NCBI GenBank assembly: GCA_905234625.1 | Contig: CAJOIC010000003.1 | Span: 24,180 to 88,179 of the forward strand | DNA length: 64,000 nucleotides | DNA from: an uncultured Oscillospiraceae bacterium | GTDB lineage: Bacteria > Bacillota > Clostridia > Oscillospirales > Oscillospiraceae | Reading direction: 5' to 3' | Shown here: positions 10,225 through 20,362 of the stretch, in pieces | How positions within the stretch are numbered: position 1 is the stretch's first letter | Layout of the letters: the number at the start of each line of letters is the position of its first letter | Translations under genes and position numbers: made by a program | Notes under the pieces: generated by a model | The model's database searches: none | The model's input: the letters and a program-made list of their open reading frames with translations, nothing else | What the model was told of the DNA's origin: nothing

Positions 10225-11061
10225 TCACTTCGCCCCCTTCTTGCCGAGGTACGCCTCGATGACGTCGGGATTGTTCTTGATCTCATCCGGGTCGCCCTTG
10301 GCGATGATCCGGCCGAAGTTCACCACGCAGATGCCCTCGCAGATGCCCATGACAAGGTTCATGTCGTGCTCGATGAGGAGCACGGCGATCTGGAAGGTAT
10401 CCCGGATCTTACGGATATTGTCCATGAGCTCCGAGGTCTCCGAGGGGTTCATGCCCGCAGCGGGCTCGTCCAGGAGCAGGATGCTGGGGTTGGTGGCGAG
10501 GGCTCGGACGATCTCCAGACGCCGCTGGGCGCCGTAGGGGAGGGAGCCCGCCTGGGCGTTCGCCATATCCTCCATGTGGAAGATGCTCAGAAGCTCCAGC
10601 GCCCGCTCGTGGGCGATCTTCTCGCTCCGCCAGTGGCGCGGCAGGCGGAAGATGTCCGACCACATGCCGCAGTGGATCTCATTGTGCAGGCCGATCTTGA
10701 CATTGTCCTCCACGCTGAGGGCGGAGAACAGGCGGATGTTCTGGAAGGTGCGGGCGATGCCGGCTTTGTTCACCTGAACGGTGCTCATGCCGGCGGTGTC
10801 CTTCCCGTCCAGGAGAATGGTGCCGGTGGTGGGCTGATAGACCTTGGTGAGAAGGTTGAAGATGGTGGTCTTTCCCGCGCCGTTGGGGCCGATGAGACCT
10901 GCGATCTCCGTGCGTCCGACGGTGAGGTTGAAGTCGTCCACCGCCTTCAGACCGCCGAAGTTGATGCCCAGGTGGTGGGTCTCCAGCACCGGGGTCTTGT
11001 CCAGATCGCGTTCCGGTATCAGCGCGTTGGAGGGGACCTGCGCCAGCTTTGAGTTACTCAT
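10225..11061 (-). CDS. livG: branched-chain amino acid ABC transporter ATP-binding protein
   Basis: Walker A GPNGAGKTT, LPYGAQRRLEIVRAL and a LivG-type C-terminus (NPDVIEAYLG). Confidence 0.85.
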   Translation of the reverse strand: MSNSKLAQVPSNALIPERDLDKTPVLETHHLGINFGGLKAVDDFNLTVGRTEIAGLIGPNGAGKTTIFNLLTKVYQPTTGTILLDGKDTAGMSTVQVNKAGIARTFQNIRLFSALSVEDNVKIGLHNEIHCGMWSDIFRLPRHWRSEKIAHERALELLSIFHMEDMANAQAGSLPYGAQRRLEIVRALATNPSILLLDEPAAGMNPSETSELMDNIRKIRDTFQIAVLLIEHDMNLVMGICEGICVVNFGRIIAKGDPDEIKNNPDVIEAYLGKKGAK

Positions 11062-12142
11062 CCGACTCGCCTCCTTCCTCCGGTACGGGGACCGTCTTCA
11101 CGAAGACGCCCTTGAGGGCTGTCCAGACGGCGTTAACGCCGTTTTTGAGCGTGGGGTTGTTGGTGACGAGCATCACCACGATCAGCACGATGGCGTAGAA
11201 CAGCATGCGGTAGTCGTTGACGGCCCGCAGCAGCTCCGGCAGGACGTAGAGGATGGCTGCGGCGATGATGCTGCCGCGGATGTTGCCCATGCCGCCCAGG
11301 ACCACGAACACCAGCACCAGGATGGAGGTGTTGAAGTCGAATTTCTTGGCGGCGACGCCGGTGAAGTTCATAGCGTACAGCGCTCCGGCCATGCCCGCCA
11401 GGGCGGCGGAGACCACGAAGGCCATGAGCTTGTATTTCGTCACGTTGATGCCCACGGACTCTGCGGCGATGCGGTTGTCGCGGATGGACATGATGGCCCG
11501 TCCGGAGCGGCTCTGGATGAGGTTCAGCACCACGAACAGGGTGAAGAGCATCAGGAGAAAGCCCGCCGTGAAGGTGGAGAGCTTCGTGATGCCCGTGGCG
11601 CCCTGGGGGCCGTTTATGATCATGAAGCCGCCCTCGGCAAGCTCGGATTTGCTGATGGCGGTAAGGAGCCGGATGTGCAGACCCTCCGCGTCATAGGCCA
11701 CATAGAGGTTATTCAGGATGTTCTTGATGATCTCGCCGAAGGCCAGGGTCACGATGGCGAGATAGTCGCCCCTCAGACGGAGGACGGGCACGCCTACCAG
11801 CACGCCCACGATAGCCGCCATGACGGCGCCGACGACCATGGCGAGAACCAGGCGGATGGGGCCGCTGGCGACGGAGGCCTGGAGACTCATGGCAACGATG
11901 ACGCCGGTGAAAGCGCCGACGCTCATGAAGCCCGCGTGGCCCAGGCTCAGCTCACCCAGTATGCCCACGGTGAGATTCAGGGACACTGCCATGCAGATAT
12001 ACACGCAGATGGGGATGAGCTGACCGGTGAGGGAGCTGGAAAGGGTCCCGGAGCCGGACAGGATCTGCATGACAATGTAGAAGACGATGACGATGGCGTA
12101 GGTGACGGCGTTGCTCTTTGCGTTTTTCGATAGCTTTTTCAT
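11054..12142 (-). CDS. livM: branched-chain amino acid ABC transporter permease
   Basis: 362-aa polytopic membrane protein of the LivM type. Overlaps the livG start by 8 nt. Confidence 0.85.
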   Translation of the reverse strand: MKKLSKNAKSNAVTYAIVIVFYIVMQILSGSGTLSSSLTGQLIPICVYICMAVSLNLTVGILGELSLGHAGFMSVGAFTGVIVAMSLQASVASGPIRLVLAMVVGAVMAAIVGVLVGVPVLRLRGDYLAIVTLAFGEIIKNILNNLYVAYDAEGLHIRLLTAISKSELAEGGFMIINGPQGATGITKLSTFTAGFLLMLFTLFVVLNLIQSRSGRAIMSIRDNRIAAESVGINVTKYKLMAFVVSAALAGMAGALYAMNFTGVAAKKFDFNTSILVLVFVVLGGMGNIRGSIIAAAILYVLPELLRAVNDYRMLFYAIVLIVVMLVTNNPTLKNGVNAVWTALKGVFVKTVPVPEEGGESDE

Positions 12143-12151
12143 CCCGTCACC

Positions 12152-13042
12152 TCAAACTTTCTCGTTGATCTTCCTGCCGAGAAGACCGGTGGGCTTGATG
12201 AGCAGGACGATGATGAGCACGGCGAACACGATGGCGTCGGAGAGCTCCGTGGAGATGTACGCCTTGCCCAGGATCTCGATGACGCCCAGCAGGATGCCGC
12301 CCAGCATGGCCCCGGGGATGGACCCGATGCCGCCGAACACCGCTGCGGTGAAGGCCTTGATGCCGGGCATGGAGCCCGTGGTGGGCATGAGAGTGGGGTA
12401 CGCGGAGCAGAGAAGCACGCCCGCGATGGCCGCCAGGCCCGAGCCAATGGCAAAGGTCACGGAGATGGTGCCGTTGACATTGATGCCCATGAGCTGTGCG
12501 GCTTCCTTGTCCTCGGAAACGGCGCGCATGGCCTTGCCGGTCTTGGACCTGCTGACAAACAGCGTCAGGGCGACCATGATGATGGCGCTCACAATGACCG
12601 TGATGATGGAAGTGGCGCTGATGATGAGGCTGCCGTCAAACAGGCGCAGGTTCGGCAGGGTGACAACGGAGGGGAAGACCTTCGGGTCGGCCTTGAAGAT
12701 CAGCAGCGCGGCGTTTTGCAGGAAATAGCTCACGCCGATGGCGGTGATGAGCACGGCCAGAGACGTAGCCGCGCGAAGCGGCTTGTACGCCAGCTTTTCG
12801 ATGACGATACCCAGCAGAGTGCAAATGATGATCGCCAGAAGGATGCCCGCCAGCGGGGGCAGTCCCCAATAATTCATGGCGCAGAAGCACATATACGCGC
12901 CCACCATGATGACGTCGCCGTGGGCGAAGTTCAGCATTTTGGCGATGCCGTAGACCATGGTATAGCCCAGAGCGATGATGGCGTATACGCTGCCGAGGCT
13001 GATGCCGCTGATCAGGTTGGACAGAAAAGCCAAATGACGCAC
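12152..13042 (-). CDS. livH: branched-chain amino acid ABC transporter permease
   Basis: 296-aa LivH-type permease (GSVYAIIALGYTMVYG). Confidence 0.85.
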   Translation of the reverse strand: MRHLAFLSNLISGISLGSVYAIIALGYTMVYGIAKMLNFAHGDVIMVGAYMCFCAMNYWGLPPLAGILLAIIICTLLGIVIEKLAYKPLRAATSLAVLITAIGVSYFLQNAALLIFKADPKVFPSVVTLPNLRLFDGSLIISATSIITVIVSAIIMVALTLFVSRSKTGKAMRAVSEDKEAAQLMGINVNGTISVTFAIGSGLAAIAGVLLCSAYPTLMPTTGSMPGIKAFTAAVFGGIGSIPGAMLGGILLGVIEILGKAYISTELSDAIVFAVLIIVLLIKPTGLLGRKINEKV

Positions 13043-13130
13043 CTCCCTTTGTCGGTTTCAAAAATGGGGAAAACGAGGGTTGCCGAAATCTGGCAACCCT
13101 CGCATGATTGAGAGAGCTGAACTGATAGGA

Positions 13131-14393
13131 TCAGTTGTTGACGTAGATGTCGTCCTGGATGGTGACGACGATGGGGGCCTTGGAGACCTCGCCGTTGGCG
13201 GACCAGGTCATGTCGTTGCCGGTGGTGCCGTTGAAGGTGAAGCCGCCGGTGAAGGTGGCGATCAGCGCGTCGCAGATCTCCTCGTTGGACATATCGGGGG
13301 TGATGCCGGCTTCCTGGATGGCCTCATAGATGGCCCAGACGCAGTCATAGCCGTCGGCGGCGAACTGGTTGGGCTTGGAGCCGTAAGCATCCACGAAGGC
13401 GTCCACGAAGTTCGCGGTGGCCTCATCGGTGCCCCAGGGGTTGAAGGGGGTCATGAGCATGACGCCGTTGGCCAGGGAGGTATCGAAGCCCTCGAGGTCC
13501 AGGATGCCGTCCATGCCGTCCACGCCGAAGAAGATGGGCGCGTACTCCATGTCCTTGGCCTGCGCAAGGATCAGGGAAGCGGGGGTATAGTAGATGGGCA
13601 GGAAGACCAGGTCAGCCTCGGCGTTCTTCGCCTCGGTCAGCTGGACGGAGAAATCGTTGGCGGAATCGTCGGTAAAGGTGGTGGTGGAAACGATCTCCAG
13701 GCCGATCTCGGCGGCGGTGTCGGTAAAGGACTGAGCGATGCCGGTGGAATAAGCGTCAGCATTGTTGTAGATGATGGCGACCTTCTCGCCGACCGCGTTA
13801 TCCTTGATGTAGTTCGCGGCGGTGATGCCCTGGTTGGGGTCGGTGAAGCACATCTGGAAGGCGTTGTCCTTACCGTCGGTCACATCGGTGGAGGAGGCGG
13901 AGGGGGTCAGAAGGAAGATGCGGTCGGCGTTGGCCTCAGCGCCCACGGCGATAGCGGGTTGGGTGGTGGTCGGGCCGACCAGGATCTGCATGCCCCAGTC
14001 CTTGAGGGCGTTGTAGGCGTTCACGGACTTCTCGGGATCGTGCTCGTCATCCTCGAACTTGTACTCGAACTGGATGCTGCCGCCAAGGGCGTTGATCTCG
14101 TCCACAGCGACCTGAGAGCCGTTGTTATGGGCGTTGCCGTAGATGGCAGCCGCGCCGGTCAGGGGGCCGACGCCGCCGATGTGGAAGACCATAACATCCT
14201 CCGCGGGCTCGGCAGCCTCTTCGGCGGCGGGCTCGGCAGCTTCGGCAGTTTCGGCAGTCTCAGCGGTGTCGGCAGCGGGCTCCTCAGCGGGAGCGCTGGC
14301 GCTGTTTCCGCTGCCGCCGCAGCCGGTCAGCAGTGCGAACATCATGGCGAGGGCCATGATAAGAGCAAGAGCTTTGGTCAGTTTCATTTGCAT
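13131..14393 (-). CDS. branched-chain amino acid ABC transporter substrate-binding lipoprotein
   Basis: Signal peptide with lipobox LLTGC, an acidic Ala/Glu/Pro linker, then a type-I periplasmic binding fold. It is the first gene of the liv operon. Confidence 0.85.
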   Translation of the reverse strand: MQMKLTKALALIMALAMMFALLTGCGGSGNSASAPAEEPAADTAETAETAEAAEPAAEEAAEPAEDVMVFHIGGVGPLTGAAAIYGNAHNNGSQVAVDEINALGGSIQFEYKFEDDEHDPEKSVNAYNALKDWGMQILVGPTTTQPAIAVGAEANADRIFLLTPSASSTDVTDGKDNAFQMCFTDPNQGITAANYIKDNAVGEKVAIIYNNADAYSTGIAQSFTDTAAEIGLEIVSTTTFTDDSANDFSVQLTEAKNAEADLVFLPIYYTPASLILAQAKDMEYAPIFFGVDGMDGILDLEGFDTSLANGVMLMTPFNPWGTDEATANFVDAFVDAYGSKPNQFAADGYDCVWAIYEAIQEAGITPDMSNEEICDALIATFTGGFTFNGTTGNDMTWSANGEVSKAPIVVTIQDDIYVNN

Positions 14394-14417
14394 ACCTCTT
14401 TCAAAAAAATTATTTTA

Positions 14418-14446
14418 AATATAGTGTGTACAAAAGAAAATGTCAA
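14418..14446 (-). promoter_or_regulatory. putative sigma-A promoter of the liv operon
   Basis: Minus strand reads TTGACA, 17 nt, TATATT. It lies about 25 nt upstream of the livJ-like start region. Confidence 0.5.
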
Positions 14447-14476
14447 GAAGCGTTCCGCAATTTTGTAAAAAAAGTT

Positions 14477-14503
14477 AACCCCTCAGTATTTGTCTGAGGG
14501 GTT
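14477..14503. terminator. bidirectional intrinsic terminator after the response-regulator gene
   Basis: Hairpin aacccctcag / ctgaggggtt, flanked by A-runs upstream and T-runs downstream. Confidence 0.65.
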
Positions 14504-14546
14504 TTTGATGGATATAACAAAATCTTTGATAAAGTATAAGCAAAGC

Positions 14547-15224
14547 TCAGGGAACGAAGCGGTAGCCGAGGCCGCGGACGGTCTGGATGTGGGCCGGACG
14601 GCTGGGATCGTCCTCGATCTTGTTCCGGAGGCGGTTGATGTAGACGACGATGGCGCTGTCGTCCACATTGGTGTTGCCCCAGATCAGGTCGTACAGCGAG
14701 GTTTTGGAGAAGATGCGGTTGGGGTTATCCAGGAAGAGCTTCATGATAGCGCTCTCCTTGGCGGAGAGGGGAAGCTCCACGCCGTCTTTATAGAGCTTCA
14801 GAGTCTCGTTGTCGAATCGGAAGGGACCTGCCTCGATGGCGGCTGTGGCGCTGGCGGCCTGGGAGCGCCGGATGAGGGCCTTGACCTTCGCGGCAAGGGT
14901 CACGGGGTTGAAGGGCTTGGTGATATAGTCGTCCGCGCCGATCTCCAGGCTGTAAAGCATGTCCACGTCCTCGGTGCGTCCGCTCACCACCATGACAGGG
15001 ATCTGGTCACCTGTGTTGCGAAGGGTATGGATGACCTCAAAGCCGTCCATCCCGTCGAGATTGATGTCCAGAAGAATAATGTCGAACGGTTCGACGCGGA
15101 CTGCGTCGATGGCTTCCTGTCCTGACGCGGTCAGAACGGATTGAATGCCGCTGCTCGTCAGTACCTTGGCCAGCGTGTTGCGTACGGCCTCGTCATCCTC
15201 AACGATCAGAGCTTTTGGCGTCAT
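14547..15224 (-). CDS. OmpR/PhoB-family response regulator
   Basis: Receiver domain (LIVEDDE, ILLDINLDGMDG) plus a winged-helix output domain (IQTVRGLGYRFVP). Confidence 0.9.
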   Translation of the reverse strand: MTPKALIVEDDEAVRNTLAKVLTSSGIQSVLTASGQEAIDAVRVEPFDIILLDINLDGMDGFEVIHTLRNTGDQIPVMVVSGRTEDVDMLYSLEIGADDYITKPFNPVTLAAKVKALIRRSQAASATAAIEAGPFRFDNETLKLYKDGVELPLSAKESAIMKLFLDNPNRIFSKTSLYDLIWGNTNVDDSAIVVYINRLRNKIEDDPSRPAHIQTVRGLGYRFVP

Positions 15225-15366
15225 ATCGGTTCCTCCTGCGACTGTCCGGCTGTTGACAAACCACGACCGGATATTTTAAAATCAGTTTATATTATACAAC
15301 AATAATCTAACAAGCACAAGCATTGATTGACTTGCTGATGATAACTGTTTTCCGGGAGGAGCATCC

Positions 15367-17118
15367 ATGAAAAGGAAAAGAGCGATCTATCTGAGCGGGC
15401 TTGCGATCCTGGCGGCCTTCCTGATCGGGTTCGGACTTTTCAGGGTGGTGCGCGTTTACCAGCATTATCGGACGGATATGCTCTCCTACGAGAGCCGCCA
15501 TCTGGACAGTATCGTGAATTCCGGCGCCCGGGGCGTTGACTGGATCGTGGAGGGATACGCCGCGCAGATCGAGCAGTACAAGTACCGGCCGGAGTTCATA
15601 CGTGCCGAGGAGCAGTACACGTCCACAGGGAGCACCTACTACGTCGAAAAGCTCATGGAGCGGTTCGACCTCATGCGGCCTACCATGTCATGCATCGTGG
15701 CGGTGTATGACGTGGACGGTTCCTTCCTGGCGTCCTCGGAGTCGGGATTTCCTGTTGCCGCGGGGACGGACGAGGCGATGTCCGATACGCTGCTGCTGCG
15801 GACGGATCCCGACGGGACCTGCTGGTTCATCTTCAGCACGGAATCCTCTGTCGGTTTCCGCTATGAGATCGCTGCCACCGTGCAGAGTGTCTTCTCCGGC
15901 ATCGCGGAAGTGACCAGCGTCGGACAGCACGGGTATCTTTTCATGCTGGATCGGGAGGGGCGGTTCATAGCCTATTCCGGTGACGGGAACAGCAATACCT
16001 GCTCCGTGGAGGAGCTGTATGAGATCTATCCCGCCATGGATCGGAACGCCGTTCGTCAGCTGTCCGAGGAACGGGGGCAGCACAGAGGCACCTACCATGT
16101 CTATCGCTATCCCTGGTCCGCCTTCTCCGGCGGCAGCAACGAGACGCTGGTGGTCACCTGTCCCGTGCAGATGAGCGAAGACCTGGTGATGGGCGCCGCC
16201 ATGAGCTTCCAGGAGTTCAACAGCTTTCTTTCCGATACGCTCCAGGAGATCACGTGGGTGATCCTCATGGAGATCGCCGGCGCGCTGATCCTTTTCTTTA
16301 TGGCGGCGTGGGTAATGGTGCAGAACCGACGCGACCGTCTGGAGCTGGAGGCGGTGCGGGAGCGTGCGGATCTCATGGAGGAGATCAACCGCCAGCAGCA
16401 GAGTCTGGCCCATACGGAGCGCCTCCAGCAGCTGGGCGTCATGACGTCCGGCATTGTCCATGAGTTCAACAATATGCTCACCCCCATCATGAGCCAGAGC
16501 ATGCTGCTCCTGGAGCAGATGGAAGGGCAGGAGGAGACCCAGGAATTCGAGAGCGCCCTGGATATCTTCGAGGCCTCGGAGAAGGCCCGGGACATGCTGC
16601 GCCGGATGTCGTCCATGAGCAAGAAGGAGGTGGACATGGGCTTCCATCCGCTGGAGATCGGGGAGCTTCTCAAGAAGACCATGAACCTGTCCTCCATGGC
16701 GAAGGATCCCCATATCCTCCAGGAGCTCATCCTGCCGAAGGAGCCGGTGTTCGTGTCCGGAAACGATCAGCTCCTCACCCAGGCGATCCTGAACCTCTGC
16801 ATCAACGCCTGTCAGGCCATGGCCGGGGACGGCTCAGGCACTCTGACCGTGGAGGCGACGACGGAGGCGGGCTCCGGCAAGCAGTACGTCACGATCCAGA
16901 TCATGGACACCGGACCCGGTATCTCCGCGGAGAAGCTCAGCTCTATCTTCGATCCCTTCTATACCACTAAGGGCGAGCGGGGCACGGGCCTTGGCCTCGC
17001 CATCTGCCAGAAGATCATCGAGACACACAAGGGCACCATCCGGGCGGCGAACCGGGAGTCGGGCGGCGCGGTGTTCACCGTCCGCATCCCCACCTGCGAT
17101 CTGCCGGAGGATGAATGA
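15367..17118 (+). CDS. sensor histidine kinase with a large extracytoplasmic domain
   Basis: Two transmembrane segments bracket a domain of about 270 aa. H-box SGIVHEFNNMLTPI. HATPase N, G1 and G2 boxes present (NLCINACQAM, DTGPGI, GTGLGLAI). Confidence 0.9.
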   Translation: MKRKRAIYLSGLAILAAFLIGFGLFRVVRVYQHYRTDMLSYESRHLDSIVNSGARGVDWIVEGYAAQIEQYKYRPEFIRAEEQYTSTGSTYYVEKLMERFDLMRPTMSCIVAVYDVDGSFLASSESGFPVAAGTDEAMSDTLLLRTDPDGTCWFIFSTESSVGFRYEIAATVQSVFSGIAEVTSVGQHGYLFMLDREGRFIAYSGDGNSNTCSVEELYEIYPAMDRNAVRQLSEERGQHRGTYHVYRYPWSAFSGGSNETLVVTCPVQMSEDLVMGAAMSFQEFNSFLSDTLQEITWVILMEIAGALILFFMAAWVMVQNRRDRLELEAVRERADLMEEINRQQQSLAHTERLQQLGVMTSGIVHEFNNMLTPIMSQSMLLLEQMEGQEETQEFESALDIFEASEKARDMLRRMSSMSKKEVDMGFHPLEIGELLKKTMNLSSMAKDPHILQELILPKEPVFVSGNDQLLTQAILNLCINACQAMAGDGSGTLTVEATTEAGSGKQYVTIQIMDTGPGISAEKLSSIFDPFYTTKGERGTGLGLAICQKIIETHKGTIRAANRESGGAVFTVRIPTCDLPEDE

Positions 17119-17129
17119 CATAAAAATAG

Positions 17130-17161
17130 GCGCAGCCCGTCCATTACCGGACGGGCTGCGC
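17130..17161. terminator. intrinsic terminator between the convergent kinase gene and the amino-acid ABC operon
   Basis: 13-bp stem gcgcagcccgtcc / ggacgggctgcgc. A T-tract follows on the minus strand (ctattttta). Confidence 0.65.
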
Positions 17162-17176
17162 TGATGAACGATGCGA

Positions 17177-17902
17177 TTAGATGAGTACCTTCGCCAGGAA
17201 GGACCGGGCGCGTTCGCTCTGGGGGTTCGCGAAGAATTCTGCGGGCGTGTTCTGCTCGACAATGACGCCGTCCTCCATGAACAGGACGCGGTCGCCCACC
17301 TCCTTGGCAAAGCCCATCTCATGGGTGACGACCACCATGGTCATGCCGTCCTCCGCCAGCTTCCGCATGACGTCCAGTACCTCGCCCACCATCTCGGGGT
17401 CCAGAGCGGAGGTGGGCTCGTCGAAGAGGATGACCTCCGGATGCATGGCGAGGCTGCGCACGATGGCGATGCGCTGCTTCTGGCCGCCGGAGAGCTGGGC
17501 GGGATAGGCGTCGGCTTTGTCCTCCAGACCAACGCGCTTGAGGAGCATCATAGCCTCCGCCTCGGCCTCCTTTTGGGACATGAGACCCGTGCGGACAGGC
17601 GCGAGGGTGATGTTTTTGAGGATGGTCATGTTGGGGAAGAGGTTGAAGTGCTGGAAGACCATGCCCATCTTCTGACGCATCTTGTTGATGTCGGTCTTGG
17701 GGTCGGTCATGGAGACGCCGTCGAACAGGATCTCCCCGGAGGTGGGGGTCTCCAGCAGGTTCAGGCAGCGCAGGAAGGTGGATTTACCGGAGCCGGAGGG
17801 CCCGATGACCACGATGCACTCGCCCTGTTCCACGTGCTCGGAGACGCCTCTGAGCACCTCCAGGTCGCCGAAGCTCTTGTGCAGGTCGTTAACGACGATC
17901 AC
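17177..17902 (-). CDS. polar amino acid ABC transporter ATP-binding protein (GlnQ/ArtP type)
   Basis: Walker [10 protein letters not shown], signature [15 protein letters not shown] and Walker [12 protein letters not shown]. Confidence 0.9.
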   Translation of the reverse strand: MIVVNDLHKSFGDLEVLRGVSEHVEQGECIVVIGPSGSGKSTFLRCLNLLETPTSGEILFDGVSMTDPKTDINKMRQKMGMVFQHFNLFPNMTILKNITLAPVRTGLMSQKEAEAEAMMLLKRVGLEDKADAYPAQLSGGQKQRIAIVRSLAMHPEVILFDEPTSALDPEMVGEVLDVMRKLAEDGMTMVVVTHEMGFAKEVGDRVLFMEDGVIVEQNTPAEFFANPQSERARSFLAKVLI

Positions 17903-18653
17903 TTTGACGCAGCCTCCTTTCGAAGATCCCGAGAAGCCAGGTGAACAGCATCACGAGAACAAGATAGATCGCAGCGGTGCCCAGGAAGGGGAACATGGCC
18001 TCGTAGGTGCGGCTGACGATGGCTCTCGCGGCATACAGCAGCTCCTTGCCGCCGATGACGCTGATGAGGGAGGTGTCCTTCAGCAGCACGATGAACTCGT
18101 TGCCCAGGGCGGGCAGGATGGCCTTGACGGCCTGGGGGATGATGATGAACCGCATGGTGTCCACATAGTTGAGGCCCAGGCTGCGGCCCGCCTCCATCTG
18201 CCCGGAATCCACGGCCATGAGGCCGCCCCGGATGATCTCCGCCTGATACGCGCCGGAGTTGATGCCCAGGGTCAGGGCGCCCACCAGGGCGAAATTCTTG
18301 CTGGAGGAGAAGATGACGAAGCCCATGATGAGCAGCTGCACCATCATGGGCGTGCCGCGGATGACGGTGACATAGATCTTGAAAATGAAGTTAAGCACGC
18401 CCAGGATCGGGTTATTGTGTCCGGGGCGCTGCTGGTCGTGGGCGGTGCGGACAACGGCCACGATGACGCCCAGGATCACGCCCAGCGCCAGCGCCAGAGC
18501 GGTGACATACAGCGTGCTGACGACGCCGGAGAGATACTGTTTCCAGCGGTCCGCCTCGATGAACGCCTGATAGAAATACACATAGAACTTCTGCCAGGCG
18601 GTGACGGGATCACCCGAGGTGATCAGCGTCTTCCACAGGGTATATTGCTCCAA
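17889..18653 (-). CDS. amino acid ABC transporter permease (His/Glu/Gln/Arg/opine family)
   Basis: 254-aa membrane protein with an EAA-like loop ([26 protein letters not shown]). Confidence 0.88.
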   Translation of the reverse strand: MEQYTLWKTLITSGDPVTAWQKFYVYFYQAFIEADRWKQYLSGVVSTLYVTALALALGVILGVIVAVVRTAHDQQRPGHNNPILGVLNFIFKIYVTVIRGTPMMVQLLIMGFVIFSSSKNFALVGALTLGINSGAYQAEIIRGGLMAVDSGQMEAGRSLGLNYVDTMRFIIIPQAVKAILPALGNEFIVLLKDTSLISVIGGKELLYAARAIVSRTYEAMFPFLGTAAIYLVLVMLFTWLLGIFERRLRQSDRR

Positions 18654-18753
18654 GCGGGAAGCACCTCACATTCGTTGAGAGAATGAAATGATACGAAACA
18701 AAAGAAATAAGATAAAGGGCGGTACGCGACCGCCCTTTATCCCGATGGTCAGG

Positions 18754-19539
18754 TTATTCGGAGATGTAGCTGTCGATAATGGACTGGACGGTGCCGTCGG
18801 CCATAAGCTCGTTCAGGGCGTTGTTGACGGCTTCAGTCAGAGCGGTGTTGTTTTTGTCAACGCCGAAGGCGTAATCCTCCAGGGCATAGGCGGTTTCCAG
18901 GATCTCAAGCCCGGGGATCTCGGCCACAAAGGCTTCGCCCACGGCGTCGTCGAGAACGACGCAGTCCACCTGCCCGTTCTGCAGGGCCTGGAAGACGAGG
19001 GTGTAGGTGTCGTAGCCGATGACGTGGTCTTCACCGTAATCATCGGAGGTGTAGATGAAGCCGGTGGTGCCGCGCTGGGTGCCGATGGTGTAGTCGCCCA
19101 GGGTGTCAAGGGTGATCTCGGAGCCTTCGGGCACGACCACGACCTGCTTGGCGGTGGTATAGCTGTCGGTGAAGTTCATGACGAGCTTGCGGTCCTCGGT
19201 GACGGTGCAGCCGGAAACGACCATGTCGCTCTTGCCCTGCTGGACGGCGAGGAGAGCGCTGTCGAAGTCCATGGCGTCGATCACGAGCTCCAGGCCCAGC
19301 TTGTCGGCGATGAGCTGCATGATCTCGGGCTCGATGCCGATGATGCTGCCGTTGTCGTCCAGATACTCATAGGGGGGGAAGTCGGGGCTGGTGGAGATGG
19401 TGAGCTTGCCGGCCTCCAGGGTGGACAGCTCCGAGGAGGTGTCCGCCGTGCTCGCGGAGGAAGAGGAGCCGCTGCCGCAGGCGGCGCAGAGGCTCAGCAC
19501 GAGAACGAGTGCGCAGAGGAGCGCGATGGTCTTTTTCAT
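18754..19539 (-). CDS. amino acid ABC transporter substrate-binding lipoprotein (family 3)
   Basis: MKKTIALLCALVLVLSLCAACG lipoprotein signal followed by an SBP_bac_3 fold. The start at 19539 is preferred over the ORF-track 19566. Confidence 0.85.
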   Translation of the reverse strand: MKKTIALLCALVLVLSLCAACGSGSSSSASTADTSSELSTLEAGKLTISTSPDFPPYEYLDDNGSIIGIEPEIMQLIADKLGLELVIDAMDFDSALLAVQQGKSDMVVSGCTVTEDRKLVMNFTDSYTTAKQVVVVPEGSEITLDTLGDYTIGTQRGTTGFIYTSDDYGEDHVIGYDTYTLVFQALQNGQVDCVVLDDAVGEAFVAEIPGLEILETAYALEDYAFGVDKNNTALTEAVNNALNELMADGTVQSIIDSYISE

Positions 19540-19749
19540 TGATAGTTGTCCTTTCTGTTCAATCAATTAGCTTGGTGCATTATAAAACGTATCCGATGAA
19601 TAAACAATAGAATATTCATTGATTTGTGCATATTTCAAATTTTTAGGGAAATGCATCGACAAATCGGACGGCGGAGAGGGAGTTTTTGTGCATTTTTTTT
19701 AGACCCTTTGAAAATGACGGAAAAATATGAGGATTTGCTAAAATTCTCC

Positions 19750-19777
19750 TTGAAAATACGAAAACAAAGTATATAAT
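19750..19777 (+). promoter_or_regulatory. putative sigma-A promoter upstream of trmL and the glycolytic genes
   Basis: TTGAAA, 16 nt, TATAAT, about 55 nt upstream of the trmL ATG. Confidence 0.4.
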
Positions 19778-19833
19778 AGAACGTGGGAATGTTAATGATT
19801 CGACAGTCTGTTTGTGAAAGAGATTGACCGATT

Positions 19834-20331
19834 ATGAACAATATCGTCCTGTTTGCACCCGAAATACCACAAAACACCGGCGCGATCGCCCGGACCTGTG
19901 CGGCTACGGGAACGGTGCTCCATCTTATCAAGCCCCTGGGCTTTGATATCTCAGACGCGGCGGTGAAGCGGGCCGGCCTCGACTACTGGCATCTTGTGGA
20001 TGTGCGGGTGTATGAGGATGTGGGGGAGTACCTCCGCAAGAACGGGGACGGCGATCTCTGGCTCCTGAGCACGAAGGCGCCACGCAGCTATGCCGATGCG
20101 GATTTTTCCGGCGGTGTGTCGCTCATGTTCGGGCGGGAGACCTCCGGACTCCCGGAAGATCTGATGGCCCGCTACCGTGACCGCTCGATCCGCATTCCCA
20201 TGAAGCCCCGGGCCCGCAGCCTGAACCTCGCCGCCTCCGCCGCGATCATCCTCTATGACGCGCTGCGACAGCAGGGATTCCCGGGCCTGATGGAAAAGGG
20301 AATACTCGCCGTTGAAGACGATTTCCAATAA
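19834..20331 (+). CDS. trmL: tRNA (cytidine/uridine(34)-2'-O)-methyltransferase
   Basis: 165-aa SpoU/TrmH knot-fold protein (IPQNTGAIARTCAATG, SLNLAASAAIILYDALRQ). Confidence 0.85.
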   Translation: MNNIVLFAPEIPQNTGAIARTCAATGTVLHLIKPLGFDISDAAVKRAGLDYWHLVDVRVYEDVGEYLRKNGDGDLWLLSTKAPRSYADADFSGGVSLMFGRETSGLPEDLMARYRDRSIRIPMKPRARSLNLAASAAIILYDALRQQGFPGLMEKGILAVEDDFQ

Positions 20332-20362
20332 ATAAACCACACCTAATGTAGGAGGAAATATC

